From assembly GCA_965248575.1 (NCBI GenBank), contig CBDFJQ010000002.1, positions 160,001-224,000 on the forward strand: a stretch of DNA of 64,000 nt, given 5' to 3'. Shown here piece by piece: positions 28,736 through 38,743 of this stretch. Numbering within the stretch: the stretch's first letter is position 1; each line of letters begins with the position of its first letter. The notes under the pieces were generated by a model. That model was not told where the DNA came from and searched no databases. It was given only the letters and a program-made list of their open reading frames with translations. Position numbers and translations under genes: made by a program. The stretch comes from Planctomycetota bacterium. GTDB lineage: Bacteria; Planctomycetota; B15-G4.

Positions 28736-29334
28736 AGCTGCGACTTCATGTCGGGTTCCAGGTCGACCCCCAAGCCATCTGCGATGCGGTTGATGTAAGC
28801 GAAGTAGGCGGCCACCTGTGCGGCGTCGTGGATGGCTCGGTCATCCAGGCCGACCTCCCGCAGGGCCTGGACGTGCTCTGGCCCCATGTCACCGGGGTTG
28901 AGTGTCAGGCGTTCTGCGTATTGGAGGATTGCCCTCAGCCGAGCACCCGGCGCCGCTTCGCTGCCTTGCGCCGCGATGTCATGGGCGACGCTGCGCGGGT
29001 CCAGCCCCGAGAAGGAAGATTCTGAATCCGATTGCTTGCCCATCTCGATCTCGACCTCGGCACGGAGGTCTTCTTCATGAGCGGACACTCAGTAGAAGCA
29101 GTCGTTGGCGCGGCTCACTGTCACGGCGATCGCTTCGCGCTCCGCACGCGAGAGGGGGGACGGTCCCAGGACGACGCTGCCGTACAGCTTCATGGAGGCA
29201 TCGAGGACCGCGGGGTTCGGGCTCTGGATGCGGAGGATTTCGTAGACTCGGCCTGCACGGGCGATGGCTGCTTCGTAGAGGCCAGCCAGTCGTCCCTTCG
29301 CTTCGTCTGGAGGAACCGTTTCGATGAATGCCAT
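28732..29334 (-). CDS. AhpD/peroxidase-related (CMD family) selenoprotein; in-frame UGA at 29091-29089 read as Sec (C-F-Y-U)
   Basis: Two in-frame ORFs joined at TGA: LSRAEREAIAVTVSRANDCFY-U-VSAH...YAERLT..P...FAYINRIADGLG; SECIS-like hairpin at 29053-29070. Confidence 0.88.
29053..29070 (-). promoter_or_regulatory. Candidate bacterial SECIS element
   Basis: GACCUC-CGUGCC-GAGGUC hairpin starting 18 nt 3' of the UGA; G at loop position 2 followed by U. Confidence 0.65.
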
Positions 29335-29374
29335 GGTTGGGAGTCTACCCGCGCTGGCCTCGCCGTCGCACGTC

Positions 29375-30202
29375 TTGGGTCGCTTGGGGCGTCAGGTCCT
29401 GAGGGCCAGTGCGTGTGTGCTCGCCGTCGGCTTCGTTGCTTGCAGCGACAGCGGAGCGAGCTCGGATTCGGGGTCATCTCCATCCAGGGCTGCGCAACAG
29501 GGGGCAAACAGCGCCCCAGCCTCCAAGCGCAAGGAGCACAAGACTGTCGACCCCGCCACGGTGGGATCTCTTTCGGGGCTGGTCACGACCGTCGGCACGC
29601 CCCCGACCCAGAAGCCGCTGTCCATGACCAGCGAATCGTTCTGTGTGCAGAGCCATCTGGACTCTGGCGGCTTGGTGGATACGCGGATCTCGGTGACCGA
29701 CGGACGCCTCTTGAATGCCTTCGTTTGGGTGAAAGATGGCCTGGATGACTACGACTTCGAGGCCAGCGAAGACACGTTTCAGTTCGACCAGGTGGGCTGC
29801 ATGTACACGCCTCGTGTTGCAGGCATCCAGAAGGGGCAGAAGGTCTTCGTGTCCAACAGCGATGCCGTCATGCACAACGTTCACACGCACCCCGAACGGA
29901 ATCGTCCGCAGAACATTGCCCAACCGGCAGGGACACCGCCCCGAGAGCTCAACTTCCGGAAGGACGAAGTCATGGTCCGCATTGCCTGCGACGTCCACGC
30001 CTGGATGTCTGCCTGGATCGGCATCGTGGACCACCCGTTTTTCGCAGTCACCGGGCCCGACGGTTCCTATCGCTTCGAAGGGCTTCCGCCAGGTGACTAC
30101 ACCCTGGGCGTCTGGCACGAGAAGCTTGGTGAACAGGAGGTCCAGGTCAGCCTCGAGGCGAACGCTGAGGTGACGGCGACCGACGCGACGTTCAACTTCT
30201 AG
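29375..30202 (+). CDS. Lipoprotein with cupredoxin-like and carboxypeptidase regulatory-like domains
   Basis: FVAC lipobox; DQVGCMYTP, NSDAVMHNVH, CDVHAWMSA, HPFFAVTGPDG; start uncertain (track ORF begins at 29324). Confidence 0.8.
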   Translation: MGRLGRQVLRASACVLAVGFVACSDSGASSDSGSSPSRAAQQGANSAPASKRKEHKTVDPATVGSLSGLVTTVGTPPTQKPLSMTSESFCVQSHLDSGGLVDTRISVTDGRLLNAFVWVKDGLDDYDFEASEDTFQFDQVGCMYTPRVAGIQKGQKVFVSNSDAVMHNVHTHPERNRPQNIAQPAGTPPRELNFRKDEVMVRIACDVHAWMSAWIGIVDHPFFAVTGPDGSYRFEGLPPGDYTLGVWHEKLGEQEVQVSLEANAEVTATDATFNF

Positions 30203-30236
30203 GAAGCAGATCGCTCAGAGGTAATGCCTCAAACGA

Positions 30237-30274
30237 CGACGGCCCGCCAGGGATCTCTCCCGGGCGGGCCGTCG
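30237..30274. terminator. Strong hairpin between convergent genes (probable bidirectional terminator)
   Basis: CGACGGCCCGCC / GGCGGGCCGTCG 12-bp stem plus inner GGGA/TCCC. Confidence 0.55.
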
Positions 30275-30305
30275 CTGTGTTCCGGCCGAGACCGGACGCT
30301 TTGCC

Positions 30306-30935
30306 TCAGTCGATCGGCTTGAAGTCCTTGCCGACCGACGGGCCCACCTTGTGGATGAAGAGCCAGGCCACGGCCAGGCCGACCACGGTCACGACGGCGG
30401 CGTTCACGAGGAACGGGCCGGTGGTGGTGAGGTGGTTGGCTGCGCCCATGGCGAACAGCAGCGGAATGGACAGGTAGGTGTTCACCCGGGAGCAGTTCGT
30501 GGCGGTCTTGGCCCAGGCGGCCTTCTCGGGCGGGTTCTCGCCCTTGATGGTGGCGCTGATGATCTTCTGCTGGCGCGGCCAGATCATGAACCACACATTG
30601 AATGCCATGATGCTGCCGTACACGAAGCCCATGGTGATCCACTGGCCGCGGGTGTTCTCGGTGATCCAGTTCATGGTGCCGTCCGGGTCTTCCCGGGCGA
30701 GCACTCCGTAGGCGTAGATCACGCCGGTCAACCACGTGAAGGCGGCACCCCAGCGGAACCACCAGAGCGTGCGGGGCATGAGTTGGGGCAAGACCTTCGA
30801 GCGCACTTCGGGCTCGAGGGAATTCATGAACGGGCCGTTCATGAAGTTGTAGAACCAGAGCAGGCCAATCCAGGTGATGCCGGCCAGGAAGTGGACCCAA
30901 CGAAGGGTCATTCCGAGATCAGAGAGGACTTCCAC
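30306..30935 (-). CDS. PuuD/Urate_ox_N-like integral membrane protein (no cytochrome c domain)
   Basis: RWVHFLAGITWIGLLWFYNF, WWFRWGAAFTWLTG, MAFNVWFMIWPRQ, SRVNTYLS.P; AAGGAG RBS before the GTG. Confidence 0.82.
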   Translation of the reverse strand: MEVLSDLGMTLRWVHFLAGITWIGLLWFYNFMNGPFMNSLEPEVRSKVLPQLMPRTLWWFRWGAAFTWLTGVIYAYGVLAREDPDGTMNWITENTRGQWITMGFVYGSIMAFNVWFMIWPRQQKIISATIKGENPPEKAAWAKTATNCSRVNTYLSIPLLFAMGAANHLTTTGPFLVNAAVVTVVGLAVAWLFIHKVGPSVGKDFKPID

Positions 30936-31245
30936 GGTGGGCTCCTTCAGAAACGGCGATGTGAGAATGATGACGGGTAGAGGCAGCGAAGGCCTGGGGC
31001 GAGTGCTGCTGACGAGCGAAACCGGACCAACCCCCCGGTGCGTCTTCTGATGCCTCTGCGAGTGGGCTCGCAATCGCTCGGAATCATGCCGGGCCGCCCT
31101 GAGGAGATCAATCACCGCCTGCCCCCGTGCGCGAGCTGATCGTGCTGCCGAGAACGAGCTTTCGCTGCCCTGACTTGACCTGTGAGTCAGGCGAGCGTCC
31201 ACGATGCTCTGGTATGCGAATCCGTGAATCGAAGGGTGGTCCACC

Positions 31246-31980
31246 ATGAAGCTGGCACGAATCGCTGGCGAACGGATCGGTGCCATCATTCCGGCGCTGA
31301 ATGAAGAGGCGTCCATCGGTCTCGTGCTGGGGGATCTTCCTGCCGGTCTCGGGCAAGTCGTCGTGGCGGACAATGGATCCACTGATGCCACAGCGGGGGT
31401 GGCCAGGGCGGCGGGCGCGCAGGTCGTGGAGGCGCGCCGCCGGGGTTATGGGTCCGCATGCCTCGCGGGCCTCGCCGCCCTCTCGCCCCACGTCGAGGTG
31501 ATCGTGTTCCTGGACGGGGACTACAGCGATCACCCCGACGAGCTTCCCCAACTGATCGCGCCGATTCTCGCCGGTCAGGCAGATCTGGTGATCGGTTCGC
31601 GAGCCCTTGGCGACGCCGAACGGGGCTCCATGTTGCCGCAACAACGATTCGGTAACTGGCTGGCGACGCGAATGATCAGGGTCTTGTTCGGTCACCGTTA
31701 CACCGACCTCGGTCCCTTTCGCGCCCTGCGGCGTTCGACGCTGGAGAGGCTCCAATTGCGGGACCCGACCTACGGCTGGACCGTGGAGATGCAGATCCGG
31801 GCCCTGCAGGAAGGGCTGGCCGTCACGGAGGTTCCGGTGAGCTACCGCTGCCGTGTGGGCCGCTCGAAGATCGCCGGAACCGTGCGCGGCACGATTGGTG
31901 CCGGGGTCAAGATCCTGTGGACGGTGTTCTGGCTACGGTGCCGCGGTCCAGCCCGCTCTGCGCCCGGAAGCTCGGCCTAG
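31246..31980 (+). CDS. GT2 glycosyltransferase (polyprenol-phosphate sugar synthase-like)
   Basis: IIPALNEE, DNGSTD, GYGSAC, FLDGDYSD, DLVIGSR, TDLGPFRA. Confidence 0.92.
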   Translation: MKLARIAGERIGAIIPALNEEASIGLVLGDLPAGLGQVVVADNGSTDATAGVARAAGAQVVEARRRGYGSACLAGLAALSPHVEVIVFLDGDYSDHPDELPQLIAPILAGQADLVIGSRALGDAERGSMLPQQRFGNWLATRMIRVLFGHRYTDLGPFRALRRSTLERLQLRDPTYGWTVEMQIRALQEGLAVTEVPVSYRCRVGRSKIAGTVRGTIGAGVKILWTVFWLRCRGPARSAPGSSA

Positions 31981-32059
31981 AAGACACCCGCGCGACAACG
32001 ACCCTCTCCGTGGGGGGGGGCAGGAGGGCGCGTGGTTCCTTCCATCGGACGTTCTTCGA

Positions 32060-33031
32060 TCAGCGTCCGTTCAGCTTCCAGCTGTAGTCGAAGTACTCGA
32101 GGTCGAGGTCGTCCTCGTGACGCTTGATGAACGCCACGGCCTGCTCGGGTGCGTACAACTTCACGAAGTCCAGCAGCTCGCGCCCGCCCGTCTCGAAGTC
32201 GTCATCGAACCAATCGAAGATCTTGGAGAGGTAGAGGTTTGGGCTCTTGCCACCGAAGAAGCCGCTCTCGATCTTTGTAGCCAGGCCCTTCTCGGTGTTG
32301 GCCAGGAAGCGACGGGTAGCGTTCGTGAGCTGCACATCGAGCGTCGCGCCCAGGTAGGCCTCCGAGCGGAGATCGGGGCAGCTGAAACTGGCGCAGACCA
32401 GGGCGAAGTGCACACGAGCGTCACCCATGGGGCGCAGGATCTCGTGCTCGATGGCGTCCAGGCTGTAGAGGCGCCCGGAGACCGACCAGCGCTCCGCCTT
32501 CCAGCGCTTGCTCGATGAGATGTCCTTGATGCCCTCGATGTGACCGAGGTGATCGAGGATCAACTCCACGGTGAAGGCGTTGTAGGCGTTGATCCAGAAG
32601 GCCGTGCGTTCGGAGCGGGACAGACTCGATGGCTTGGTGGCATCCAGGGCCTTCAGATAGGCATGAAGCTGGGGACGCTGCTTTGCGAGCCCCGTGTAGT
32701 CGACGATGCCCGCGTGCACAAACTCCGCCAACAGGTCGTGCCAACCCTGGTGGATGCCGCGCTCCACCGGCGGGGCGGCCAGCGGGGCGGGTGAGAGCGA
32801 GCCTTCGTCCTCTGGCTTCGGGACCACGGGCGCGGCTGACTGGGGAGCACCGGCCACGGCGTCTTGATGCAATCGCATGGAATCCGCGGACGAGGCGGGG
32901 GTCTGGCTTCCGATCGCGGGCGTCAGCCCAAGCAATGCGAGTCCGAGCAGGAGTTGCGAGAGGTCCATGAGCTTGATCACCTCGATCTGAAACATGGGAT
33001 GGGTCCGCCAAGGGGCGTGCATGAGCCTCAT
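32060..33031 (-). CDS. DUF547 domain secreted protein
   Basis: VDY..L, AFWINAYNA, SLDAIEHEILR, DARVHFALVCASFSCP, LSKIFDWF. Confidence 0.9.
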   Translation of the reverse strand: MRLMHAPWRTHPMFQIEVIKLMDLSQLLLGLALLGLTPAIGSQTPASSADSMRLHQDAVAGAPQSAAPVVPKPEDEGSLSPAPLAAPPVERGIHQGWHDLLAEFVHAGIVDYTGLAKQRPQLHAYLKALDATKPSSLSRSERTAFWINAYNAFTVELILDHLGHIEGIKDISSSKRWKAERWSVSGRLYSLDAIEHEILRPMGDARVHFALVCASFSCPDLRSEAYLGATLDVQLTNATRRFLANTEKGLATKIESGFFGGKSPNLYLSKIFDWFDDDFETGGRELLDFVKLYAPEQAVAFIKRHEDDLDLEYFDYSWKLNGR

Positions 33032-34587
33032 GATGTGACCGAGGCCCTGGATTCGTTCGGAAGTCCCGGCGCGGGGTCTGGCTGCATGGGATGCCGCTCG
33101 GGACGCTCAAGGTGCTGCGCCCTGGACGCACTTTCCCGCTTGGTGGAGTAGGCCACCCACCCGAAGCCGAGGGCGTAAAGGAAAAGGAAGGGGGAGAACA
33201 GCTGGTAGCCGCCCCGGAGATGCAGCACACAGCCAGCTGCCGTCCAGAGAGCCAGGGCCCATTCGGCGCGCTGCAGGCGCTCAGGAGGTAGTCGGTAGCA
33301 ACCACCCGCGTGCTCTCGGCCCACCACCCGGCGCTTGGGTGTTCGCACGAACTCGCTGCTCTTTCCGATCAGCGCCTCGAACACGGCCACGCTGTTGGAG
33401 AGGGCGATACCGGTGCCCACCAGCATGAGTGCTGGCAGGGATTTCAGTGTGTGCCACACACGACGGCCCAAGGCGCGTTGCGAAAGGATGTAGAGGGTGC
33501 TGGGCCCGCACGTGCCGACGAACAGGAGCGCTGCGAGTGCCATCCCATGAAAGTTGTCCGTGGATTCATGCCCAAGAACCCACTGCACGGGAACTGACAG
33601 CAAGGCCACGCTCAACATCAGGGGGTGGATCAGGTAGTGCGTGAGATGGAGTGTTGCTTGCAGCCTGGTCGTCCAGGGCAACGGAGCCCGCAGCACCGTG
33701 CCGAGCAACTTCATGGCGGTCTGGATGGATCCCTTCGCCCAACGTCGCTGCTGACTCTTGAACGATGTCATGTCGGCTGGGATCTCGGCGGGCACGCCTG
33801 TCTCGAGCAGGTACTCGATGCGCCATCCCTTGAGCTGGGCGCGGTACGAGAGGTCGAGGTCTTCCGTCAGGGTGTCTCCGGCCCAGCCGCCGGCCTCATC
33901 GATGGCGCGTCGTCGCCACACCCCTGCGGTGCCATTGAAGTTCAGGAACCACCCGCTCCAGGAGCGGGCGGCCTGTTCGACACCAAAGTGGCCGTCGATG
34001 GCCAGGGCCTGGAGCCGGGTCAACGGGTTGAACTCCCGATCGAGGTGCTCCCATCGGCACTGCACGACGCCCACGTCCGGGTCCCGGAAGAACGGCGCCG
34101 TGCGTTCCAGGAAGCCGGGGTCGGGGACGAAATCCGAATCGAAGATGGCGACCCACTCGCCCCGTGCGCTGTCCAGCCCCGCCGCGAGGGCTCCGGCCTT
34201 GAAGCCCGAGCGCTCGGTGCGGTGCAGATGGACGATCGAGAGCCCGCGCGCCCTGTGCTGGGCCACCAACTTCGCGATCTGATCGCGCGTGGAATCCGTG
34301 GAGTCATCCAGGACCTGGATCTCCAGGCGCTCCCGTGGATAGCGCAGCGCGCAACACGCCTCGATGAGGCGGTCGATCACGAAGCGTTCGTTGAACACCG
34401 GCAGCTGGACGGTGACGAAGGGGGGCTCCGCAGTTGGCGCCAGACCGGAGGCTTGCAGCGCACGCTGCCGGTTGAGGTTCGAGCGGCGATGCCGCAGGAA
34501 TTGCCAGGACAGCACGTAGCAGTTGAGGCCGTAGATGGCCAAGCCAACCACGGCGATCCAGTGCAGGTTCACGAGCAGCTGGTTCAT
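33028..34587 (-). CDS. Cellulose-synthase-like processive GT2 glycosyltransferase
   Basis: VTVQLPVFNE, DDSTD, KAGAL, FDSD, TEDLD, QQRRWAKG (D,D,D,QxxRW), multiple TM helices. Confidence 0.93.
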   Translation of the reverse strand: MNQLLVNLHWIAVVGLAIYGLNCYVLSWQFLRHRRSNLNRQRALQASGLAPTAEPPFVTVQLPVFNERFVIDRLIEACCALRYPRERLEIQVLDDSTDSTRDQIAKLVAQHRARGLSIVHLHRTERSGFKAGALAAGLDSARGEWVAIFDSDFVPDPGFLERTAPFFRDPDVGVVQCRWEHLDREFNPLTRLQALAIDGHFGVEQAARSWSGWFLNFNGTAGVWRRRAIDEAGGWAGDTLTEDLDLSYRAQLKGWRIEYLLETGVPAEIPADMTSFKSQQRRWAKGSIQTAMKLLGTVLRAPLPWTTRLQATLHLTHYLIHPLMLSVALLSVPVQWVLGHESTDNFHGMALAALLFVGTCGPSTLYILSQRALGRRVWHTLKSLPALMLVGTGIALSNSVAVFEALIGKSSEFVRTPKRRVVGREHAGGCYRLPPERLQRAEWALALWTAAGCVLHLRGGYQLFSPFLFLYALGFGWVAYSTKRESASRAQHLERPERHPMQPDPAPGLPNESRASVTS

Positions 34588-35909
34588 CGAGGCGTTTCCA
34601 GGGCGCCATGGCGCCAGCGCTTCCAGACCAGCAGCACCAGCCAGAGAAAGAGGGGGGCGTACTCGGGCAGCTTGAGCAGGGGCCACTCAACCCACTGCCC
34701 TGTTTCGCGGATCTCAAGCTGGGGAAGCCAGGTGAGAGCCATCGTTCCGCTGAGGGCGATCCATCCCCACCACGGGAAGAAGCAGAAGAAGGGCAGCAGC
34801 GTCATCAGGTACCACGGATGAACGGTAGGCAGGGTCAGGATGAGTGCCCCGAGCAAGATGGCGCACGTCTTGAGGGGCAGGTCCTGCTCCTCTGGGCTGT
34901 GCAGAAAGTTGCGCATGGCAAAGCAGGCAACGCCAGCCCAGACCACGAGCATGACGAAACGGCTTCCGTCGGGCGAGAGGGCTGTCGCTGCCAAGGCGTG
35001 GAGCGAGTCATTGGTGTGCATCGTGCTTCCGAAGCGGCTCAGTGAGTCGAACAGCCCCGACCCACCCAAGAGGAAGGGCGTCGCCAATAGGAGCCCCACG
35101 AGAGCAGGCACGAACCAGACCGACGGCCGGGCCCAGCGGCGGGCCGCCAGGAAGGCGGGCAGGGTCGCCAAGACGAATCCCTTGGCGAGCAGCGCACAGG
35201 CCACGGCGGCTGCTGCCGTCGCGAGCCTTCTCCGGGAGAGGAGCAAGAATGCTGCGAAGAGACAGGCCACCGCGACCACATCGTGGTGGCCTGTCGCAGC
35301 GGTGGAATGGATCGCGAGCGGGTTCCACACGTACAGCAGCAGCCTCGAGCGGGGCAGCCCCCGATGCGAAAGGAGTGCGAACACACACAGGCACAGGCCG
35401 AGTTCGGCGAGCAGGAAGGAGAGCTTGAAGGCGAGCTCACGCGGCGCGACGGCCACGACCCCCCGATGCCACCACTGCATCAGCGGAGGGTAGATGGCAG
35501 GCCAGCTCGGGTGGTTGATGAGTGGGTGCTCAGGAGCGGTGGTCGCCAGCTGCTGCAGGGCAGGGGCATCTGGGGCCAGCACGTAGGGGTTGTGGCCCGC
35601 CGCCGTGACCCGGCCTTCCCAGATGTAGCGATGCATGTCGTCTGTCGGTGTGGTGGGGATCACCATCAGCCGACAGAGAATGGCAACCGCGACAACGAAT
35701 CCGAGCGGAATCGCCCGCTGGGCCAGGCGCTCTTGCTTGAGCAATCGGGCTGCCGCCAGGGCGTAGGCTCCGAAGGCCAAGCCGAAGCACGCGAGGCTTG
35801 CCACGGGGTGCTGGACGAAGCGGTCGCAAAGGGCATAGGCCCCCCAGGCTGAAAGCATGACCAGCCCGCAGGTGAGTGTCAGCTTGCTTTGGGGGAGGGC
35901 GAGCAGCAC
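34584..35909 (-). CDS. GT-C fold (GT87/DUF2029-like) polyprenol-phosphate-dependent glycosyltransferase
   Basis: TDDMHRYIWEG, GHNPY, IYPP, WNPL, H.D, HPWY; many TM helices. Confidence 0.85.
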   Translation of the reverse strand: MLLALPQSKLTLTCGLVMLSAWGAYALCDRFVQHPVASLACFGLAFGAYALAAARLLKQERLAQRAIPLGFVVAVAILCRLMVIPTTPTDDMHRYIWEGRVTAAGHNPYVLAPDAPALQQLATTAPEHPLINHPSWPAIYPPLMQWWHRGVVAVAPRELAFKLSFLLAELGLCLCVFALLSHRGLPRSRLLLYVWNPLAIHSTAATGHHDVVAVACLFAAFLLLSRRRLATAAAAVACALLAKGFVLATLPAFLAARRWARPSVWFVPALVGLLLATPFLLGGSGLFDSLSRFGSTMHTNDSLHALAATALSPDGSRFVMLVVWAGVACFAMRNFLHSPEEQDLPLKTCAILLGALILTLPTVHPWYLMTLLPFFCFFPWWGWIALSGTMALTWLPQLEIRETGQWVEWPLLKLPEYAPLFLWLVLLVWKRWRHGALETPR

Positions 35910-36116
35910 GGAGATCGAAGTCGCTTGGCGGGGGGGGGAGGGAGCGGGGCGGGGTCTGGTCGAGGTCGTGGGCTTGGGCAGGGAGATCCTAAGGATCCCG
36001 TTTTAAGGAACCAGGGCGTTGGGCGGGCTCCGATCAGCAGCCACCCCAGCGCCCTCGAAGTGCGGGGGGCGGGTGATAACCTCTCCGGCCGTAGGGTTTA
36101 TTGACTCATAGGAGAT

Positions 36117-36908
36117 TTGGCTGTGTCCTCGCTCGTGAAACTGGAACGCGCCCACGGCGTGGCTTGGCTGACGCTCGACCGACCGGAGGTCATGAACGCG
36201 CTGTCCTTCCAAACGCTGCTGGACCTGAAGGCTCACATCGCAACGTTGGCGGAGGACGCCACGACCCGGGTCGTCTTGGTCACGGGCAGCGGTGAACGGG
36301 CCTTTTGTGCAGGGGCCGATCTCAAGGAGCGCGTGGGTTTCACGGAGCAGAAGACCCGGGAGTTCGTGCACCTCATCGGGGACACCTTCAGCGCACTGTC
36401 GCGCTTGCCGCAGCCGAGCATTGCCGTCCTGGCCGGTGTCGCATTCGGGGGTGGGCTCGAGCTGGCGCTCGCCTGCGACATGCGCATCGCATCCGAGGGC
36501 GTGAAGATGGGTTTGACCGAAACCTCCCTGGCCATCATTCCAGGAGCCGGCGGCACGCAGCGCTTGCCTGCCGTGGTGGGGGTGGCCCGTGCGAAGGAAC
36601 TGATCCTCTCCTCGCGGCGCATTGATGCGACCGAGGCAGCATCCATGGGTCTGCTGAACCGAATGGTTCCCGCCGGCGACCTGCGCCAGGCCGCTGGTGT
36701 CATGGCCGACGCCATCGCCGCCTGCGGTCCGCTCGCGGTCCGCGCTGCAAAGCAGGCCCTCGACACCTTCCAGGACGGGGGAGCCCTGGACGCTCGACTC
36801 GAACGCGAACGGGCTCTCTATCTCGAGCATGTGCTGCCGTCGAGTGACCGCTTGGAGGCCCTCGCGGCGTTTCGCGAAAAGCGCAAGCCGGTCTTCAAAG
36901 GCGAGTAG
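36117..36908 (+). CDS. Enoyl-CoA hydratase/isomerase family protein
   Basis: RAFCAGADLKER, GGGLELALACD, ET.LAIIPGAGGTQRL; AGGAGA RBS. Confidence 0.93.
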   Translation: MAVSSLVKLERAHGVAWLTLDRPEVMNALSFQTLLDLKAHIATLAEDATTRVVLVTGSGERAFCAGADLKERVGFTEQKTREFVHLIGDTFSALSRLPQPSIAVLAGVAFGGGLELALACDMRIASEGVKMGLTETSLAIIPGAGGTQRLPAVVGVARAKELILSSRRIDATEAASMGLLNRMVPAGDLRQAAGVMADAIAACGPLAVRAAKQALDTFQDGGALDARLERERALYLEHVLPSSDRLEALAAFREKRKPVFKGE

Positions 36909-36935
36909 CCGGTCGCCCTGAAGCCTGAATTGAAT

Positions 36936-36977
36936 CCGGGACCGAGCGAGAGGCTTTCAGCCCTCGTCCGGCCCCGG
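36936..36977. terminator. Hairpin between convergent genes
   Basis: Imperfect inverted repeat CCGGG.CCG..CGAG.GGCT-TTC-AGCC.CTCG..CGG.CCCGG. Confidence 0.4.
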
Positions 36978-37051
36978 AAGGAGACGCCGGGCCTCACGTC
37001 ATCCGTGTGAGGCCAAGGCGCCAGGTCCTGGGTGACGACTCTTGGCTTGGC

Positions 37052-38020
37052 TCAGAAGACGAAACCGGCCGACAGGTAGTAGGCCAGGTCGTTCTTGCCA
37101 TCCTGGGCGCCTGTAGAGTCAGTCGCGGGGTCGGTGTCGCGCGTGTGCTCCATGCCCAGCTTGACGGTCCAGGGGTCCTCGGCCTCGAGGACCATGCGGT
37201 ACTCCGCCTTGGTCACGAAGACGAAGCCGCCGCGGGTCTCCAAGCCCGGGTAGACGTCGGACGACAGAGCGATGCTGCGATCGGCACTCAGCTGGTTGAA
37301 GTAGTCCATACCGAGCTGCGCTTCGCGCGACCACTTGGCGCCAGGGACACCTGTATCCTTGGCCGTGCCCACACCGACTCGACCGACCCAACGCTCCTTG
37401 TCGTTCTCGATCCAGGGGTACGCACCGCCGGCGATCACGCGCAGGCGCTGGTCGTAGGCCTTGAACTTGTCGTCATCCACGGAGCCCTGGAGGTAGGGAC
37501 GCCAAACGGAGTCGTCAAGGAACCACTCGCGGCGAGCTTCGAGATAGGCGCGGCGGACGGTGGGTTTGCCAGACTTCTTGGTACCACCCCCCGCCTTGGG
37601 AACTTGCGACTCGGAGCGCGCCTTCTCGTACAAGAAAGCGTACTGGTCAACGGCAACGTCGTCTTCGTGGCGAGCCGTGATGTCAACGCGCGCACCCTGA
37701 TCCTGCGAGTTGCCGCGCTTGCCGCTGGCAGAGATGTCGAAGGTGCCTGACCAGGGCGAACTCACCTCGGCTTCGGCCACTTCCTCTTCGGTCTGCTTCG
37801 GCTTGAAGGCCGCGCGCTGCAGTGTGATGTTCCCGAGCTCACCGTGGTCGATCACGATGTAACCAGCGGTGGATTCCAAGAGTCGCCCGGTGAAGCGATC
37901 GCCGTTGTTCATGTCGACGACGATTTCTGTGCCCACGTCTTCGGCTTCCTGTGCGGAGAGCGGCGACGAAAGGCCGAGAGACAGCAACAGAACAGTAACT
38001 GCGGTGATTCTCACGTTCAT
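37052..38020 (-). CDS. DUF481-like outer-membrane beta-barrel protein
   Basis: Signal peptide, NGDRFTG N-domain, WSG...GNS, amphipathic strands, C-terminal Phe (AGFVF). Confidence 0.78.
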   Translation of the reverse strand: MNVRITAVTVLLLSLGLSSPLSAQEAEDVGTEIVVDMNNGDRFTGRLLESTAGYIVIDHGELGNITLQRAAFKPKQTEEEVAEAEVSSPWSGTFDISASGKRGNSQDQGARVDITARHEDDVAVDQYAFLYEKARSESQVPKAGGGTKKSGKPTVRRAYLEARREWFLDDSVWRPYLQGSVDDDKFKAYDQRLRVIAGGAYPWIENDKERWVGRVGVGTAKDTGVPGAKWSREAQLGMDYFNQLSADRSIALSSDVYPGLETRGGFVFVTKAEYRMVLEAEDPWTVKLGMEHTRDTDPATDSTGAQDGKNDLAYYLSAGFVF

Positions 38021-38328
38021 GGTCCAGCGGAGGGATCGGAGGGTCGCCGAAGGGGGGCGGGCGACCTGTCAGAGGGCGAAAGACTATCGAGCGGCCACAC
38101 CGTGAGTCCAGCTTGTTGGACCTCTCCATTGCTTTAGTGACACACCACGAGTTCTAGGAGGCCCGGGCAGTCGATTCGTGTGCGGATGGAAGCACGCTCA
38201 GCGCTGGGGCAGGGGGCTCTGAAAGGCGCAGCGACTCGTTCCCATCAATGGTCCCGTCCGGCGGCCCGTCTGGATGCCGATCCCAGGCCTGGGTACCGCA
38301 CGCTTCTCGCAGATATGAGGGGATCAGC

Positions 38329-38715
38329 ATGTTCCAAGCCCTGCCAACCGTCCGCCGCTCCGAGCAGAAGCTCCTGGGGGCGCTGGCGCACGGCGCTGCC
38401 TTCCTGGGTCTGGTGGTCGCTCTACCCGGCATGAACGTCCTGGGTCCCTTGGTGATCTGGCTGGCTCATCGGGACGACGGAGGTTTCGTCGAAGACCAGG
38501 CTCGCACGTCGCTCAACTTCCAGATCAGCATGTCCTTGATCTGGTTGGCGGCCCTGCCCTTCGCGTTCCTGCTCGTTGGAATCCCGGTCCTGATCCTCTT
38601 GCCGATCTTTGCCGCCGTGCTCGTGGTCATCGCCATCATCGCCGCCGCGACAGGCAAGACACACCGCTACCCCTTCAGCATGACCTTCGTGCGGGGGCCG
38701 GGAGACGCTGCGTGA
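38329..38715 (+). CDS. DUF4870 domain membrane protein
   Basis: LAH...GPLVIWL...FV..QAR.SLNFQIS...G..HRYP. Confidence 0.85.
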   Translation: MFQALPTVRRSEQKLLGALAHGAAFLGLVVALPGMNVLGPLVIWLAHRDDGGFVEDQARTSLNFQISMSLIWLAALPFAFLLVGIPVLILLPIFAAVLVVIAIIAAATGKTHRYPFSMTFVRGPGDAA

Positions 38716-38743
38716 GACCGAGGCAGCCGTGAGCTCTGGCCGG

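Noticed and set aside
35928..35960. G-rich run with G-quadruplex potential upstream of the GT-C gene
   Set aside because: Such runs are expected in a GC-rich intergenic region and there is no further support
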